Shown in pieces: positions 49,356-62,276 of a stretch of 64,000 nucleotides of DNA. The notes beneath the pieces were generated by a model. The model ran no database searches. It was not told the origin of the DNA and saw only the letters and a list, made by a program, of their open reading frames with translations. Source of the stretch: an uncultured cyanobacterium (GTDB lineage Bacteria > Cyanobacteriota > Cyanobacteriia > PCC-6307 > Cyanobiaceae); contig CAVXWZ010000002.1 in the NCBI GenBank assembly GCA_963765575.1, positions 224,001 to 288,000 of the forward strand, in the 5' to 3' direction. Both the position numbers and the translations under genes were made by a program. Position 1 is the stretch's first letter. Each line of letters begins with the position of its first letter.

Positions 49356-50068
49356 CACTGCTTCTGCAGGTCGCGCACGCCCGGCACACCAGCGACGACC
49401 TCACCCACCAGCACCTGATCGGCGAGGTTCACGAACAGGCCGTTTTCAAGCACGCCGGGCAGGTTGTTGATCGTCGGCTCCAGCCCCGCGGGGTCGGTGA
49501 TGCCACCGGCGAAGGTCACATCCAGCACCAGGTTGCCCTGGTCGGTCACCACCGGACCGGCCTTGCGGGTCGCCATGCGCAGCTCCGCCTCGCCGCCCAG
49601 CGCCCGCAGCTGCTGATGCACCTGGCGCCAGGCAGCGGGCAGCACCTCCACCGGCAGCAGGAAGCCGAGGTTGAGGGTGTCCACCAGCTTGGTGGCATCC
49701 ACCACCACCACAAAACGATCGGCACGGCAGGCCACGAGCTTTTCCTGCACGTGGCAGGCGCCGCCGCCCTTGATCAGCTGGAAGCGGGGATCCACCTCAT
49801 CGGCGCCGTCAATGGCCAGGTCGATGCGTTCCACGGCATTGAGGCCGCACAGCGGAATCCCCAGCTCAGCCGCCAGCACCTCGCCCTGGAAGGACGTGGT
49901 CACACCGGTGATGTCGCTGAGCTCACCGCTGGCCAGCCTGGCGCCGAGGGCCCGGATCATCAGGGCGGCGGTGGAGCCCGAGCCCAGGCCCACGACCATG
50001 CCGCTGCGGATCTGCTCGCTGGCCGCCGCCGCCACCGCCTGCTTCATCTGATCCTGGAGATCCGCCAT
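49355..50068 (-). CDS. rpiA: Ribose-5-phosphate isomerase A
   Basis: GLGSGST, DGADEVD, IKGGG and GVLENGLF. Confidence 0.96.
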   Translation of the reverse strand: MADLQDQMKQAVAAAASEQIRSGMVVGLGSGSTAALMIRALGARLASGELSDITGVTTSFQGEVLAAELGIPLCGLNAVERIDLAIDGADEVDPRFQLIKGGGACHVQEKLVACRADRFVVVVDATKLVDTLNLGFLLPVEVLPAAWRQVHQQLRALGGEAELRMATRKAGPVVTDQGNLVLDVTFAGGITDPAGLEPTINNLPGVLENGLFVNLADQVLVGEVVAGVPGVRDLQKQ

Positions 50069-50104
50069 CGATCCGGGCCCGGGGGCCAGCGACCGTAGCA
50101 ACGC

Positions 50105-52097
<1,993 letters not shown>

Positions 52098-52131
52098 CCG
52101 CTTAAGTTGCTGTCCTGCTCACCTGCGCACC

Positions 52132-52440
52132 ATGGCAGCAATTCCCCCCGGCAGTCGTCAGCGCTGCAGCCTCTGTCAGGTGGAGATCCAGGGCATGGCC
52201 GGCGGCAACGATCTGGTTCACTTCAGCCAGGGGGCGCCCGGGACCCGAGCCAAGCTCTGGGCGCGGGTGTGCCAGTACCTGCGCAGTGACGAACAGCGGG
52301 GCCAGTGCCTGAACCAGGACCTCAACCAACGCGGCGCGGTGGTGCAGAGCGATTACTACGCCGAGGCGCCGGTGATCGACCTTGGCGCCCTGGGGCAGGC
52401 GGGAGCCGGATCCACCGATGTCCCGGCAGCCGATTCCTAG
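52132..52440 (+). CDS. Cys-containing hypothetical protein
   Basis: CxxC...VHFS.G.PGTR.KL.ARVCQY...C.N; coding bias. Confidence 0.7.
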   Translation: MAAIPPGSRQRCSLCQVEIQGMAGGNDLVHFSQGAPGTRAKLWARVCQYLRSDEQRGQCLNQDLNQRGAVVQSDYYAEAPVIDLGALGQAGAGSTDVPAADS

Positions 52441-52481
52441 GGACCCGATCCCTAGGTTGTGGTCAGCGCCCACGCCGTGCC

Positions 52482-52958
52482 GTGCCCCATCCGCTGATCC
52501 CAGCGCTCGAACAGCTCGCCCGGTCGGCGGTGGCCGCAGCCGGCTTCGAGCTGCACGCCGTGCAGCTGCACACCCATCGCATCCCCATGACCCTGCAGGT
52601 GCTGGTGCAGCGGCCCGATGGTGATGACATCAGCCTGGACGACTGTGCCGGCCTGAGCGCCCCCATCGGCGAGGCCATCGAAGCGGCGGATCTGCTGGGG
52701 GAGGCGGCCTATGTTCTTGAGGTCAGCAGCCCCGGCGTCAGCGAGGACCTGCACGACGACCGAGACTTCCGCAGCTTCCGCGGATTTCCGGTGGCCGTGC
52801 ACTACCGCGACACCCGGGGGGGCGAAGCGCACTGCGACGGGCTGCTGCTCGAACGCACGGCCGGCGAGCTGCAGATCAACATCCGCGGCCGCACCAAGCG
52901 AATTCCCCGCGCAGCGGTGATCGCGGTGCGCCTGGTGAGCGCCGACGACGACAATTGA
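52482..52958 (+). CDS. rimP: Ribosome maturation factor RimP
   Basis: SLDDC, YVLEVSSPG and F..FRGFPV; upstream of nusA. Confidence 0.92.
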   Translation: MPHPLIPALEQLARSAVAAAGFELHAVQLHTHRIPMTLQVLVQRPDGDDISLDDCAGLSAPIGEAIEAADLLGEAAYVLEVSSPGVSEDLHDDRDFRSFRGFPVAVHYRDTRGGEAHCDGLLLERTAGELQINIRGRTKRIPRAAVIAVRLVSADDDN

Positions 52959-52997
52959 ATCCACCCAAAAACCGAATCACCTCAAAACCGAAGACCC

Positions 52998-54323
52998 ATG
53001 GCTCTGGTCCTGCTCCCTGGCCTGAACAACCTCATCGACGACATCAGCGACGAGAAGAAGCTGCCACCGGTGGTGGTGGAAGCGGCCCTGCGTGAAGCTC
53101 TGCTCAAGGGCTACGAGCGCTACCGCCGCACCCTCTACCTCGGCATCAGCGAGGACCCCTTCGAGGAGGAGTACTTCTCCAACTTCGACGTTCAGCTCGA
53201 CGAAGACGAGGAGGGCTACCGGGTGCTGGCCTCCAAGATCATCGTCGAGGAGGTGGAGAGCGACGACCACCAGATCGCCATCGACGAGGTGCGCCAGGTG
53301 GCCGAAGACGCCCAGATCGGCGACACGGTGGTGCTGGATGTCACCCCGGAGAAGGACGACTTCGGCCGCATGGCCGCCGCCACCACCAAGCAGGTGCTGG
53401 CCCAGAAGCTGCGCGATCAGCAGCGCCGCATGATTCAGGAGGAGTTCGCCGATCTGGAGGATCCGGTGCTCACCGCCCGGGTGATCCGCTTCGAGCGCCA
53501 GAGCGTGATCATGGCCGTGAGCAGTGGCCTGGGACGCCCCGAGGTGGAGGCCGAGCTGCCTCGCCGCGACCAGCTCCCCAACGACAACTACCGCGCCAAC
53601 GCCACCTTCAAGGTGTTCCTGAAGGAGGTGAGCGAGGTGGCCAGGCGCGGGCCCCAGCTGTTCGTGAGCCGGGCCAATGCCGGCCTGGTGGTGTATCTGT
53701 TCGAGAACGAGGTGCCCGAGATCCAGGAGGGCTCCGTGCGCATCGTTGCGGTGGCGCGCGAGGCCAATCCCCCCAGCCGCTCGGTGGGCCCGCGCACCAA
53801 GGTGGCCGTGGACTCGGTCGAACGGGAAGTGGATCCGGTGGGCGCCTGCATCGGTGCCCGCGGCTCCCGCATCCAGCAGGTGGTGAACGAGCTGCGCGGC
53901 GAGAAGATCGACGTGATCCGCTGGTCCCCCGACCCCGGTCAGTACATCGCCAACTCGCTCAGCCCGGCGCGGGTGGAGATGGTGCGGCTGGTGGACCCCG
54001 GCGGCCATCACGCCCACGTGCTGGTACCCCCCGATCAGCTCAGCCTGGCGATCGGGCGGGAGGGCCAGAACGTGCGGCTGGCGGCCCGTCTGACGGGCTG
54101 GAAGCTCGACATCAAGAACGCCGTCGAGTACGACCAGGCCGCCGAGGATGCGGTGGTGGCCGAACTGATCGACCATCGCCAGGAGGAGGAGCGCCTCCAT
54201 GCCGAGGCCGAAGCCAGGCTGGAGGTGGAACAGGCGGCCCGCGCCGAGGAGGACGCCCGGCTGCGGGAGCTGTACCCGGCCGAGGACGAGCAGGAGGAGG
54301 CCGACGCCTTCCAGGAGAGCTGA
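52998..54323 (+). CDS. nusA: Transcription factor NusA
   Basis: FGRMAA, EVPEI, VGACIG.RGSR and AIGREGQNVRLA. Confidence 0.97.
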   Translation: MALVLLPGLNNLIDDISDEKKLPPVVVEAALREALLKGYERYRRTLYLGISEDPFEEEYFSNFDVQLDEDEEGYRVLASKIIVEEVESDDHQIAIDEVRQVAEDAQIGDTVVLDVTPEKDDFGRMAAATTKQVLAQKLRDQQRRMIQEEFADLEDPVLTARVIRFERQSVIMAVSSGLGRPEVEAELPRRDQLPNDNYRANATFKVFLKEVSEVARRGPQLFVSRANAGLVVYLFENEVPEIQEGSVRIVAVAREANPPSRSVGPRTKVAVDSVEREVDPVGACIGARGSRIQQVVNELRGEKIDVIRWSPDPGQYIANSLSPARVEMVRLVDPGGHHAHVLVPPDQLSLAIGREGQNVRLAARLTGWKLDIKNAVEYDQAAEDAVVAELIDHRQEEERLHAEAEARLEVEQAARAEEDARLRELYPAEDEQEEADAFQES

Positions 54324-54328
54324 GCGCC

Positions 54329-54592
54329 ATGGGCGGGCGGCCGGTGTTGCGGCGCTGCGTGGCCTGCCGTGAGCTGCGCGACCGCAGCCAGCTCTGGCGG
54401 GTCATCCGCCTGGCAGCTGGCGGCGTGGAGCTGGATCGGGGCATGGGCCGTTCGGCCTATCTCTGCCCCGATCCGGCCTGCCTGGAGGAGGCGCGCCGAC
54501 GCCGGCGCCTGCAGCGTGCGCTGCGCTGTCCAGTGGACAACGCCCTGTTGGAGCGGCTTGAACAGCGGTTGGCGGCGGAGGCGAAGCACTGA
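54329..54592 (+). CDS. ylxR: YlxR/RnpM family protein
   Basis: RRCVACR and GRSAYLC...C; between nusA and infB. Confidence 0.9.
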   Translation: MGGRPVLRRCVACRELRDRSQLWRVIRLAAGGVELDRGMGRSAYLCPDPACLEEARRRRRLQRALRCPVDNALLERLEQRLAAEAKH

Positions 54593-54695
54593 ACGCCGGC
54601 CCTGAGGCAAGATGGCCATTGGCCGCTCTGCGCTGGCGGTCGGTGTCCCCTGCAGCCGCCCCACGGCTCAGGGGCCCTGTCCATTGGAGATCTGA

Positions 54696-57600
54696 ATGAC
54701 CAGCAGCGGCAAAGTCAGAATTTACGAGCTGTCCCGGGACTTGGGCCTGGAGAACAAAGACGTGCTCGATGCCGCCGAGAAGCTGGGGCTGGCCGTGAAG
54801 AGCCACAGCAGCTCCATCAGCGACACGGAGGCCTCACGAATCCGCCAGTTGCTCGAGAAGGGCAACAACGGCTCCGGCCGCAGGCCGGCCAGCACACCGC
54901 CGAGCAAGGCGATCCTCACCGTGAAGAAAGCGGCCCCCACAGCCCCAGCAGCAGCGGTCAGCACCGGCGGCCCCGCCAAGCCCAGTGCGCCGCTGCGGCC
55001 CGCGGCGCCGACCAAGCCGGCTGCCCAGCCCGCTGCGCCGGAGCCCCTCTCGGCCAAGCCCACGGCCGCGAAGCCCGCCGCAGCCAAACCCGCAGCCCCC
55101 GCCCGGCCCGCGGCACCGGCTGCTTCGCGCCCGGCAGCGCCCGCCCGGCCCGCAGCCGTCCAGCCGGCCAAACCTGCCGGCCCTCCAACCGTTGTGAGCG
55201 CCTCCAAACCGCCAAGGCCGGCCGTGCCCGCCACGAGCCGCAGGCCGGAGATGCCGGCCCGCCCGGGCGCCCCGGCGCGTCCCCAGATCGTGGGCAAACC
55301 GATCGCTGGCCAACCCGCCCCCAGCCGGCCCCCCGCCCCACCGGTGAACCGCTCGCCGGTGAGCCCGCGCCCCACGGCACCCAAGCGTTCCGGTGCGCCC
55401 GCCCCCAGCCGGCCCAGCCAGCCAGGCCGGCCCGGCGGCCCTAGCCGCCTGGAGCTGGTGGGCAAACCGATCCGCCGCGACAGCAGCAGTCCCGGCCCCG
55501 TTCCCGGGCGACCGGCAGCCCCCTCGCGCCCGGGCATGCCCGCGGGCATGCGCAAGCCCGTGGCGCCTGGCGAGCTGATGCAGCTTCAGAAGCCCTCGGG
55601 CCGCACCCCGGCCCCGCCGCCGCGGCGGCCCGGTGCTGGTGGGGACACCGCCGCTGCCGGCGGCCCCTCCAGCACCGATCCGGCGCGGCCCACGGCGACC
55701 CCGCCCTCGGCACCGCGGCGTCCCGGTTTCCGTGCCCCCGTGGGTCCCACGGGACGCCCCCGGCGGCCCGACTGGGATGACAGCGCCAAGCTGGAAGCCC
55801 TGCGCAGCCGTTCGCCCCAGCGGCAGCGGCCCAAGGTGCACATCATCGGTGAAAACGATGATGCCCTCACCGCCGAAACCGGCGGCTTCGCCGGTGGACA
55901 GGAAGCCCTCGTGCTGCAGGCCAGCCTGGCCCGTCCCGCCAGGCCCCGCAGCACCGCTGGCCGGGCGGTCAAACCCACCGTGGCGGTGCGCAAGCGCCGC
56001 AAGGAAACCACCCGCCAGCGCCAGCGGCGCCGGGCGATGGAACTGCGCGCGGCCCGCGAGGCCAAGCAGCAACGGCCGGAGATGCTGATCGTGCCGGAGG
56101 GCAACCTCACGGTGCAGGAACTGGCCGAGAAGCTCGGCGTGGAGAGCTCCGAGATCATCAAGAGCCTCTTCTTCAAGGGCATCATCGCCACCGTCACCCA
56201 GAGCCTGGACCTCTCGACCATCGAGACCGTGTCCCAGGAATTCGGCGTGCCGGTGCTCGAGGACGACGTCGAGGAGGCCGCCGCCAAGACTGTGGAGATG
56301 ATCGAGGCGAGCGACCTGGCGCACCTGATCCGCAGGCCGCCGGTCGTCACCGTCATGGGTCACGTGGACCATGGCAAGACCAGCCTGCTCGACGCCATCC
56401 GCAAGACCCGGGTGGCGGCCGGCGAGGCCGGCGGCATCACCCAGCACATCGGCGCCTACCAGGTGGAGATCGAGCAGGGCGGTCAGTCGCGCCAGCTCAC
56501 CTTCCTCGACACCCCGGGCCACGAGGCCTTCACCGCCATGCGGGCCCGGGGCACCAAGGTGACCGACATCGCCGTGCTGGTGGTGGCCGCCGACGACGGC
56601 GTGCGCCCCCAGACCCTCGAAGCGATCAGCCACGCCCGGGCCGCCAAGGTGCCGATCGTGGTGGCGATCAACAAGATCGACAAGGAAGGCGCTTCCGCCG
56701 ATCGCGTCAAGCAGGAACTGTCGGGCCAGGAGCTGGTGGCCGAGGACTGGGGCGGCAACACGGTGATGGTGCCAGTGAGCGCCATCAAGGCCGAGGGGAT
56801 CGACAAGCTGCTGGAGATGATCCTGCTGGTGTCCGAGGTGGAGGACCTGCAGGCCAACCCCGACCGGATGGCCCGCGGCACCGTCATCGAGGCCCATCTG
56901 GACAAGGCCAAGGGGCCGGTGGCCACGCTGTTGATCCAGAACGGCACCCTGCGCAGCAGCGATGTGCTGGCGGCCGGCCCGGTGCTGGGCAAGGTGCGCG
57001 CCATGGTCGACGACACCGGACGGCGGGTGAAGACCGCTGGTCCATCCTCCGCAGTGGAGGCCCTGGGCTTCAGCGAGGTGCCCACCGCCGGCGACGAGTT
57101 TGAGGTGTACCCCGACGAGAAGGCCGCCCGGGCTGTGGTGGGCGACCGGGCCAACGAAGCCCGGGCCACCCGGCTGGCCCAGCAGATGGCGTCCCGTCGG
57201 GTGTCCCTGGCGTCCATGTCGGGCCAGGCAAGCGAAGGCGAGCTCAAGGAGCTCAACCTGATCCTCAAGGCCGACGTGCAGGGCTCGGTGGAGGCGATCC
57301 TCGGCTCCCTCGAACAACTTCCCCAGGGGGAAGTGCAGGTGCGGGTGCTGCTCTCGGCCCCGGGCGAGATCACCGAAACCGACGTGGACCTGGCGGCAGC
57401 CTCCGGCGCCGTGATCGTGGGCTTCAACACCTCAATGGCCTCCGGGGCCAAGCGGGCTGCCGATGCCACGGGCGTCGATGTGCGCGACTACGAGGTGATC
57501 TACAAGCTGCTGGAGGACATCCAACTGGCCATGGAGGGCCTGCTGGAGCCCGAGCTGGTGGAGGAGCCCCTGGGCGAGGCCGAGGTGCGCGCCGTGTTCA

Positions 57601-57860
57601 CCATCGGCAAGAGCGCTGTGGCTGGCTGTTACGTCACCACCGGCAAGCTGCAACGCAACGCCAAGCTGCGCGTCTGGCGCGGCAAAGAGAAGGTGTTCGA
57701 TGGCGATCTCGACTCCCTGCGTCGCAACAAGGACGACGTCAAGGAGGTGGCCACGGGCTTCGAGTGCGGCATCGCCTGCGACCGCTTCAACAGCTGGCAG
57801 GAGGGCGATCGCATTGAGGCCTTCAAGCTGGTCACCCAGCGCCGCACCCTCAGCGGCTGA
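54696..57860 (+). CDS. infB: Translation initiation factor IF-2
   Basis: [17 protein letters not shown] and a Pro/Ala-rich N-terminus. Confidence 0.98.
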   Translation: MTSSGKVRIYELSRDLGLENKDVLDAAEKLGLAVKSHSSSISDTEASRIRQLLEKGNNGSGRRPASTPPSKAILTVKKAAPTAPAAAVSTGGPAKPSAPLRPAAPTKPAAQPAAPEPLSAKPTAAKPAAAKPAAPARPAAPAASRPAAPARPAAVQPAKPAGPPTVVSASKPPRPAVPATSRRPEMPARPGAPARPQIVGKPIAGQPAPSRPPAPPVNRSPVSPRPTAPKRSGAPAPSRPSQPGRPGGPSRLELVGKPIRRDSSSPGPVPGRPAAPSRPGMPAGMRKPVAPGELMQLQKPSGRTPAPPPRRPGAGGDTAAAGGPSSTDPARPTATPPSAPRRPGFRAPVGPTGRPRRPDWDDSAKLEALRSRSPQRQRPKVHIIGENDDALTAETGGFAGGQEALVLQASLARPARPRSTAGRAVKPTVAVRKRRKETTRQRQRRRAMELRAAREAKQQRPEMLIVPEGNLTVQELAEKLGVESSEIIKSLFFKGIIATVTQSLDLSTIETVSQEFGVPVLEDDVEEAAAKTVEMIEASDLAHLIRRPPVVTVMGHVDHGKTSLLDAIRKTRVAAGEAGGITQHIGAYQVEIEQGGQSRQLTFLDTPGHEAFTAMRARGTKVTDIAVLVVAADDGVRPQTLEAISHARAAKVPIVVAINKIDKEGASADRVKQELSGQELVAEDWGGNTVMVPVSAIKAEGIDKLLEMILLVSEVEDLQANPDRMARGTVIEAHLDKAKGPVATLLIQNGTLRSSDVLAAGPVLGKVRAMVDDTGRRVKTAGPSSAVEALGFSEVPTAGDEFEVYPDEKAARAVVGDRANEARATRLAQQMASRRVSLASMSGQASEGELKELNLILKADVQGSVEAILGSLEQLPQGEVQVRVLLSAPGEITETDVDLAAASGAVIVGFNTSMASGAKRAADATGVDVRDYEVIYKLLEDIQLAMEGLLEPELVEEPLGEAEVRAVFTIGKSAVAGCYVTTGKLQRNAKLRVWRGKEKVFDGDLDSLRRNKDDVKEVATGFECGIACDRFNSWQEGDRIEAFKLVTQRRTLSG

Positions 57861-57884
57861 TCCCCCATCGCCGGCCCCAGCCCT

Positions 57885-58700
57885 GTGAATCCCCGCAGTG
57901 AGCCCCTGCTCTGGCTTCAGCTGATCGCCCTCGGGGCGATCCCGCTGGAGCTGTTGCTGCTGGTGCTGCTGCTGGCCGGCGCCGATCCCGGCCCCCTGCC
58001 GGCCCTGGAGCGGCTGCTGGTGTGGGGGCTGGGGGCCCTGGCCCCGGCGCTGCTGCTCTGGCAGCGGCCGGCGGACTGCTGCTCGCTACTGGTGGCCCAG
58101 GTGCCCCTGGCGGCCCGAAGCCCCCTGCAGCGCTCCCTGGCGGCGGCCCAGGACGCCATGCCGGCAAAACTGCTGCTGGTCGCCGGTGCGGCGGGCCTGC
58201 TGCCCCTGTTCTGGTCCCTCGACAGCCACGCCGCCCTGGCTGGCCCCTTCTCCCCCCTCGAGGCCAGCAATCGCCTGGTGGGGCTGCTGCTGGCCATTGC
58301 CTTGCTGGCGGTGCTGCTGTGGCAGTGGCAGCAACTGGTCCAGAGCCTCTGGCTGCTGAGCCGTAGCCCAGCGGCACTGGCGGCGGTGAAGCCCCTGTCC
58401 CAGGAGCAGCAAGCCAGGATGCGGCTGAGTCTGGGGATCCCACTGCTGCAGCTGAAACCCCTGATGCTGGAGTCTTCACCAGCCGCCAGCCTTGCCACCA
58501 GCCCCCCCAGTGGCCTCTCCAGCTCCCAGGAGAGGAGGACCTCGCCTGAGGCCAGCGCGCCCAAGGGTGTGTCACCGGAGTCCGTAGCAGCCGAGTCCGT
58601 GAGAGCCGATGGCTCAGCTGGGGGGAACGCGGTTGCGATCGAACCAGAGCAAGGAGCTGCAGGTGATCAGGGCGACGACCTGGATCAGCAGATCGACTGA
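57885..58700 (+). CDS. Membrane protein with low-complexity tail
   Basis: EPLLWLQL start, four hydrophobic segments and an acidic tail. Confidence 0.75.
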   Translation: MNPRSEPLLWLQLIALGAIPLELLLLVLLLAGADPGPLPALERLLVWGLGALAPALLLWQRPADCCSLLVAQVPLAARSPLQRSLAAAQDAMPAKLLLVAGAAGLLPLFWSLDSHAALAGPFSPLEASNRLVGLLLAIALLAVLLWQWQQLVQSLWLLSRSPAALAAVKPLSQEQQARMRLSLGIPLLQLKPLMLESSPAASLATSPPSGLSSSQERRTSPEASAPKGVSPESVAAESVRADGSAGGNAVAIEPEQGAAGDQGDDLDQQID

Positions 58701-58871
58701 CGGCACCGCGACACCGGACGCCGATCGCATCGCCATCGTGGCCAGACCGAGGCCGGCGGAAGCGCTAAGGGCCAGCCACAGAGCTCGCCGCAGACCGCGC
58801 CAGGGGGTACGCGATTCCTGCAGCAACCGGGCCCGGAGCTGGGGATCGAGGCTGTCGGGATTCATCCCCAT
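58614..58871 (-). CDS. DUF3493-like small membrane protein
   Basis: RARLLQESRTPWRGLRR followed by two TM segments. Confidence 0.7.
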   Translation of the reverse strand: MGMNPDSLDPQLRARLLQESRTPWRGLRRALWLALSASAGLGLATMAMRSASGVAVPSVDLLIQVVALITCSSLLWFDRNRVPPS

Positions 58872-58916
58872 GGCTGCACGGAACGGGCGATGCTCTGATG
58901 GTAAAGTGGTGAGGAT

Positions 58917-58988
<72 letters not shown>

Positions 58989-59026
58989 TGATTCACGGCA
59001 CAGCACCATGACGCTTCAATAGCGCA

Positions 59027-59785
59027 ATGGACCAAAGCAAAGACCAAGAGATTGACAAGGTTGACATCATCAATCTCCTTGGTCAAGTCAATGGCTACTC
59101 ATCTTATCTAGAGGTAGCAAGTCAAACCACCGGCCACCAATACGCCAGGGTTTGCGAACACATTTTCACGACCAAGAAAAGACTTCTATACAACATACCA
59201 GAAGGTTATTCCGATGGTCTTCCGGTTGACTATTCGGCCTCTGATTTAAGTGGCAGCCACTGCCTTGAGCAGATTGAGGCGTCAAGTCAAAGCCTTGACT
59301 TCGTATTCATAGATCCCTATCATACATACAAATCATCCCTGCAGAATCTTATGGCCGGATTCAGACTTCTAAATCCTGATGGTGTCATGGTCGTGCATGA
59401 TTGCAATCCACCTAGCCTGGACATCGCCTCCCCCACATTTCAAGGTGGGCTCTGGTGCGGACTGACCTATCTGGCATTCCTGGATTTTGTCCATCAAAAT
59501 CCAGGAACAGAATATGGCGTTGTCGATACCGACTGGGGCGTTGGACTGGTCTTTCGAAACAGCGGCACACGCCCGGCCCTGTTTGGCCCTCTCCCCGAAC
59601 GACCCGCCATCGATGGCTTGCAGCTGGGGGACTGGGAGGTTTTCGACGCCCAGCGCCAGCATCTGCTCAGACTTCTATCCCCGCAGTGTTTTCGAAGAAT
59701 CTTCGCGAATGGTCGCTCGGCTGCGCAGCCGAAACGCTCAGGCAAGCAGCTGGACGGAGGGACACTGCAGAACACCGCCTCGTAG
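59027..59785 (+). CDS. Class I SAM-dependent methyltransferase (Methyltransf_24-like), lower GC
   Basis: YLEV, DFVFIDPYH, HDCNP, W.G and DWGVG. Confidence 0.75.
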   Translation: MDQSKDQEIDKVDIINLLGQVNGYSSYLEVASQTTGHQYARVCEHIFTTKKRLLYNIPEGYSDGLPVDYSASDLSGSHCLEQIEASSQSLDFVFIDPYHTYKSSLQNLMAGFRLLNPDGVMVVHDCNPPSLDIASPTFQGGLWCGLTYLAFLDFVHQNPGTEYGVVDTDWGVGLVFRNSGTRPALFGPLPERPAIDGLQLGDWEVFDAQRQHLLRLLSPQCFRRIFANGRSAAQPKRSGKQLDGGTLQNTAS

Positions 59786-59835
59786 GACGTGATGCAGGGT
59801 GGCCGGGAGGGTGCCGGCCGAAGCTGCTGGCCATC

Positions 59836-59864
59836 AAAAAACCCCCCTCGCAGGGAGGGGGGTT
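59836..59864 (-). terminator. Intrinsic terminator of psbA
   Basis: aacccccctc-gcagg-gaggggggtt stem with an A run that reads as a U tract on the minus strand. Confidence 0.85.
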
Positions 59865-59912
59865 GGGGGATTCCGTCAGGTCTGATGCGCTTGAAGGCTG
59901 AGCAACTCAGCT

Positions 59913-60992
59913 TCAGCCGATCGCCGGGGCGGTCAGGGCCACGGGGGTGGCTTCGGCGGCAGCCAGGTCGAGCGGGAAGTTGTGAGCGTTGCGCTCGTGC
60001 ATCACTTCCATGCCCAGACCGGCACGGTTCAGCACATCGGCCCAGGTGTTCACCACGCGGCCTTGGCCATCGAGGATCGACTGGTTGAAGTTGAAACCGT
60101 TGAGGTTGAAGGCCATCGTGCTCACGCCCAGGGCGGTGAACCAGATGCCGATCACAGGCCAGGCAGCCAGGAAGAAGTGCAGGCTGCGGCTGTTGTTGAA
60201 GGAGGCGTACTGGAAGATCAGACGACCGAAGTAGCCGTGGGCCGCAACGATGTTGTAGGTCTCTTCCTCTTGGCCAAACTTGTAGCCGTAGTTCTGGCTT
60301 TCGGTTTCGGTGGTTTCACGCACCAGGCTGCTGGTCACCAGCGAACCGTGCATGGCCGAGAACAGGGAGCCGCCGAACACACCGGCCACACCCAGCATGT
60401 GGAAGGGGTGCATCAGGATGTTGTGCTCTGCCTGGAACACCAGCATGTAGTTGAAGGTGCCGCTGATGCCGAGGGGCATGCCGTCAGAGAAGGAGCCCTG
60501 ACCGAACGGGTACACCAGGAACACAGCCGAAGCAGCGGCCACGGGGGCGCTGTAGGCCACGCAGATCCAGGGGCGCATGCCGAGGCGGTAGGAGAGTTCC
60601 CACTCGCGGCCCATGTAGCAGAACACGCCGATCAGGAAGTGGAAGACCACCAGCTGATAGGGGCCGCCGTTGTAGAGCCACTCATCGAGGGAAGCGGCTT
60701 CCCAGATGGGATAGAAGTGCAGGCCGATGGCGTTGCTGGAGGGAACAACAGCACCGGAGATGATGTTGTTGCCGTAGAGCAGGGAGCCGGCAACGGGCTC
60801 ACGGATGCCGTCGATGTCGACGGGGGGAGCGGCGATAAACGCCACGATGAAGCAGATGGTCGCAGCCAGCAGGGTGGGGATCATCAGCACGCCGAACCAG
60901 CCCACGTAGAGGCGGTTGTTGGTGGAGGTGACCCAGCCACAGAACTGCTCCCAGCTGGAGGCGCCGGAGCGCTGCTGAAGAGTGGTGGTCAT
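59913..60992 (-). CDS. psbA: Photosystem II D1 protein, Glu130 (D1:2-type)
   Basis: Canonical D1; [11 protein letters not shown] and HNFPLDLA. Confidence 0.99.
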   Translation of the reverse strand: MTTTLQQRSGASSWEQFCGWVTSTNNRLYVGWFGVLMIPTLLAATICFIVAFIAAPPVDIDGIREPVAGSLLYGNNIISGAVVPSSNAIGLHFYPIWEAASLDEWLYNGGPYQLVVFHFLIGVFCYMGREWELSYRLGMRPWICVAYSAPVAAASAVFLVYPFGQGSFSDGMPLGISGTFNYMLVFQAEHNILMHPFHMLGVAGVFGGSLFSAMHGSLVTSSLVRETTETESQNYGYKFGQEEETYNIVAAHGYFGRLIFQYASFNNSRSLHFFLAAWPVIGIWFTALGVSTMAFNLNGFNFNQSILDGQGRVVNTWADVLNRAGLGMEVMHERNAHNFPLDLAAAEATPVALTAPAIG

Positions 60993-61109
60993 GAGAACGG
61001 GTAAAGGATGAGAACTCCGAAACGGCAGGCGAAAATGCCTGGCAGCAGCAGCGCCTGAAGGGCGCGGCCGGCTCCGGAGGGAATGGAGGACGGAATCCCG
61101 TCGCAGACC

Positions 61110-61139
61110 AACGTAACAGAACGTTGCGGGTTTTGTGAA
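61110..61139 (-). promoter_or_regulatory. Putative psbA promoter
   Basis: TTCACA-N18-TACGTT on the minus strand. Confidence 0.55.
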
Positions 61140-61274
61140 GGGGGGTTGCCGCAGGATCGCGCGATCGGGCAGGGGCCGGGGGCGGTGCGGGATTGCCGAT
61201 ACCGGTGGCCAGTCGCCCGATCCCTTGCCAAGGTGTGGGCCTCAACCCGCCGCTCAGCCGCAGCAGAAAACGTC

Positions 61275-61415
61275 ATGGTGCTGCTCTGTTGGTCTCTTGA
61301 AGGCGAACGCCACCTGGAGCACGTGCCGCTGAAGCTCGCCCGTCGCCGCCACGCCCAGCTCAAGAGCATCGGCGCCGTTGTCTATTGGAGCGAGCGGCTG
61401 GCGCGGGTGAGCTGA
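61275..61415 (+). CDS. Small hypothetical protein (46 aa)
   Basis: MVLLCWSLEGERH...GAVVYWSERL; coding-like codon use. Confidence 0.55.
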   Translation: MVLLCWSLEGERHLEHVPLKLARRRHAQLKSIGAVVYWSERLARVS

Positions 61416-61452
61416 CGTTGCTAGATCTGCAGTTCTCCCCTGGCCGTTCGGC

Positions 61453-61815
61453 ATGGCGCTGCCCGCAACCCAACCCCGTCACCATCGCCCGCTCGCCCTG
61501 GCGATCGGCGTGCTGGGGCTCAGCGGTGTCCTGCTGCTCAGCGGCTGTCAGCGCAAGCAGCAGACGGCCGAGCTGGAGCAGCTCAAGCAGCGGCAGGACC
61601 AGCTGGATCTGAAGATCCAGCAACTGGAGCAGAAACTGCACGGCGTCACCCCGCGCGACCCTGAGGAGCGAGCCGACACGGCCCCGGCGGGCCCGGTGCG
61701 CTCGATCACCTACCGCAGCGGCACCGATGACGATCGGCTGCGCATCTACTGGGCTGACGGCACCAGCAGTGACCTGCCGTGCACCCAGGAGCAGGCCACC
61801 TTGGTGTGCGGCTGA
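61453..61815 (+). CDS. Putative lipoprotein with coiled coil
   Basis: Lipobox LLSGC, Q/L heptads and a C-terminal Cys pair. Confidence 0.7.
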   Translation: MALPATQPRHHRPLALAIGVLGLSGVLLLSGCQRKQQTAELEQLKQRQDQLDLKIQQLEQKLHGVTPRDPEERADTAPAGPVRSITYRSGTDDDRLRIYWADGTSSDLPCTQEQATLVCG

Positions 61816-61877
61816 CAGATGCTTGACATCGACGGCACGAGCGGCTGATCTGGCCCATTGCCCGCTTTCGATCCGCA

Positions 61878-62276
61878 ATGGGTTTTGTCAGACCTCTGTC
61901 CACCGGAGTGGCTGCTCTGGCCGCCGCCCTGCTGGCCGGCAGTGGAGTCGCTGGCTTGCCCGCCCGGGCCCAGGTGACCTTCGGCTCCGTGCGCGCGCTC
62001 AACACGGCCCGCAACCTGGCCGTTCAGCAGAACGGTGGGCTGAGCGTCTACCGCCCGGCCCAGTGCATGTTCCAGAGCGCCGACGCCAGCAACGACTGTC
62101 TGCTGAGCATGGATGAGGACGGCTTTCTGTTCCGCTTCCTGGGCGGTGTTCCCGGCTGGGAGCAGTTCCAGATGCCCGCCAGCGTCGAAACCGAGGTGCG
62201 CATCTCCGCCGACGGCCGCACGGTGGAGGAGCTGATCTACAACGGTGAGCCGCGGCCCGCTGACCCTGCCGAGTAG
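61878..62276 (+). CDS. Secreted hypothetical protein
   Basis: Signal peptide ending [12 protein letters not shown]...NGGL.VYRP..CM and FRFLGG.PGW. Confidence 0.72.
   Translation: MGFVRPLSTGVAALAAALLAGSGVAGLPARAQVTFGSVRALNTARNLAVQQNGGLSVYRPAQCMFQSADASNDCLLSMDEDGFLFRFLGGVPGWEQFQMPASVETEVRISADGRTVEELIYNGEPRPADPAE

Noticed and set aside
52459..52473. rimP-leader-like hairpin gtggtc-agc-gcccac
   Set aside because: Too short and mismatched to support a call
54900..55770. Repetitive Pro/Ala/Arg-coding DNA
   Set aside because: Normal low-complexity N-terminus of cyanobacterial IF-2
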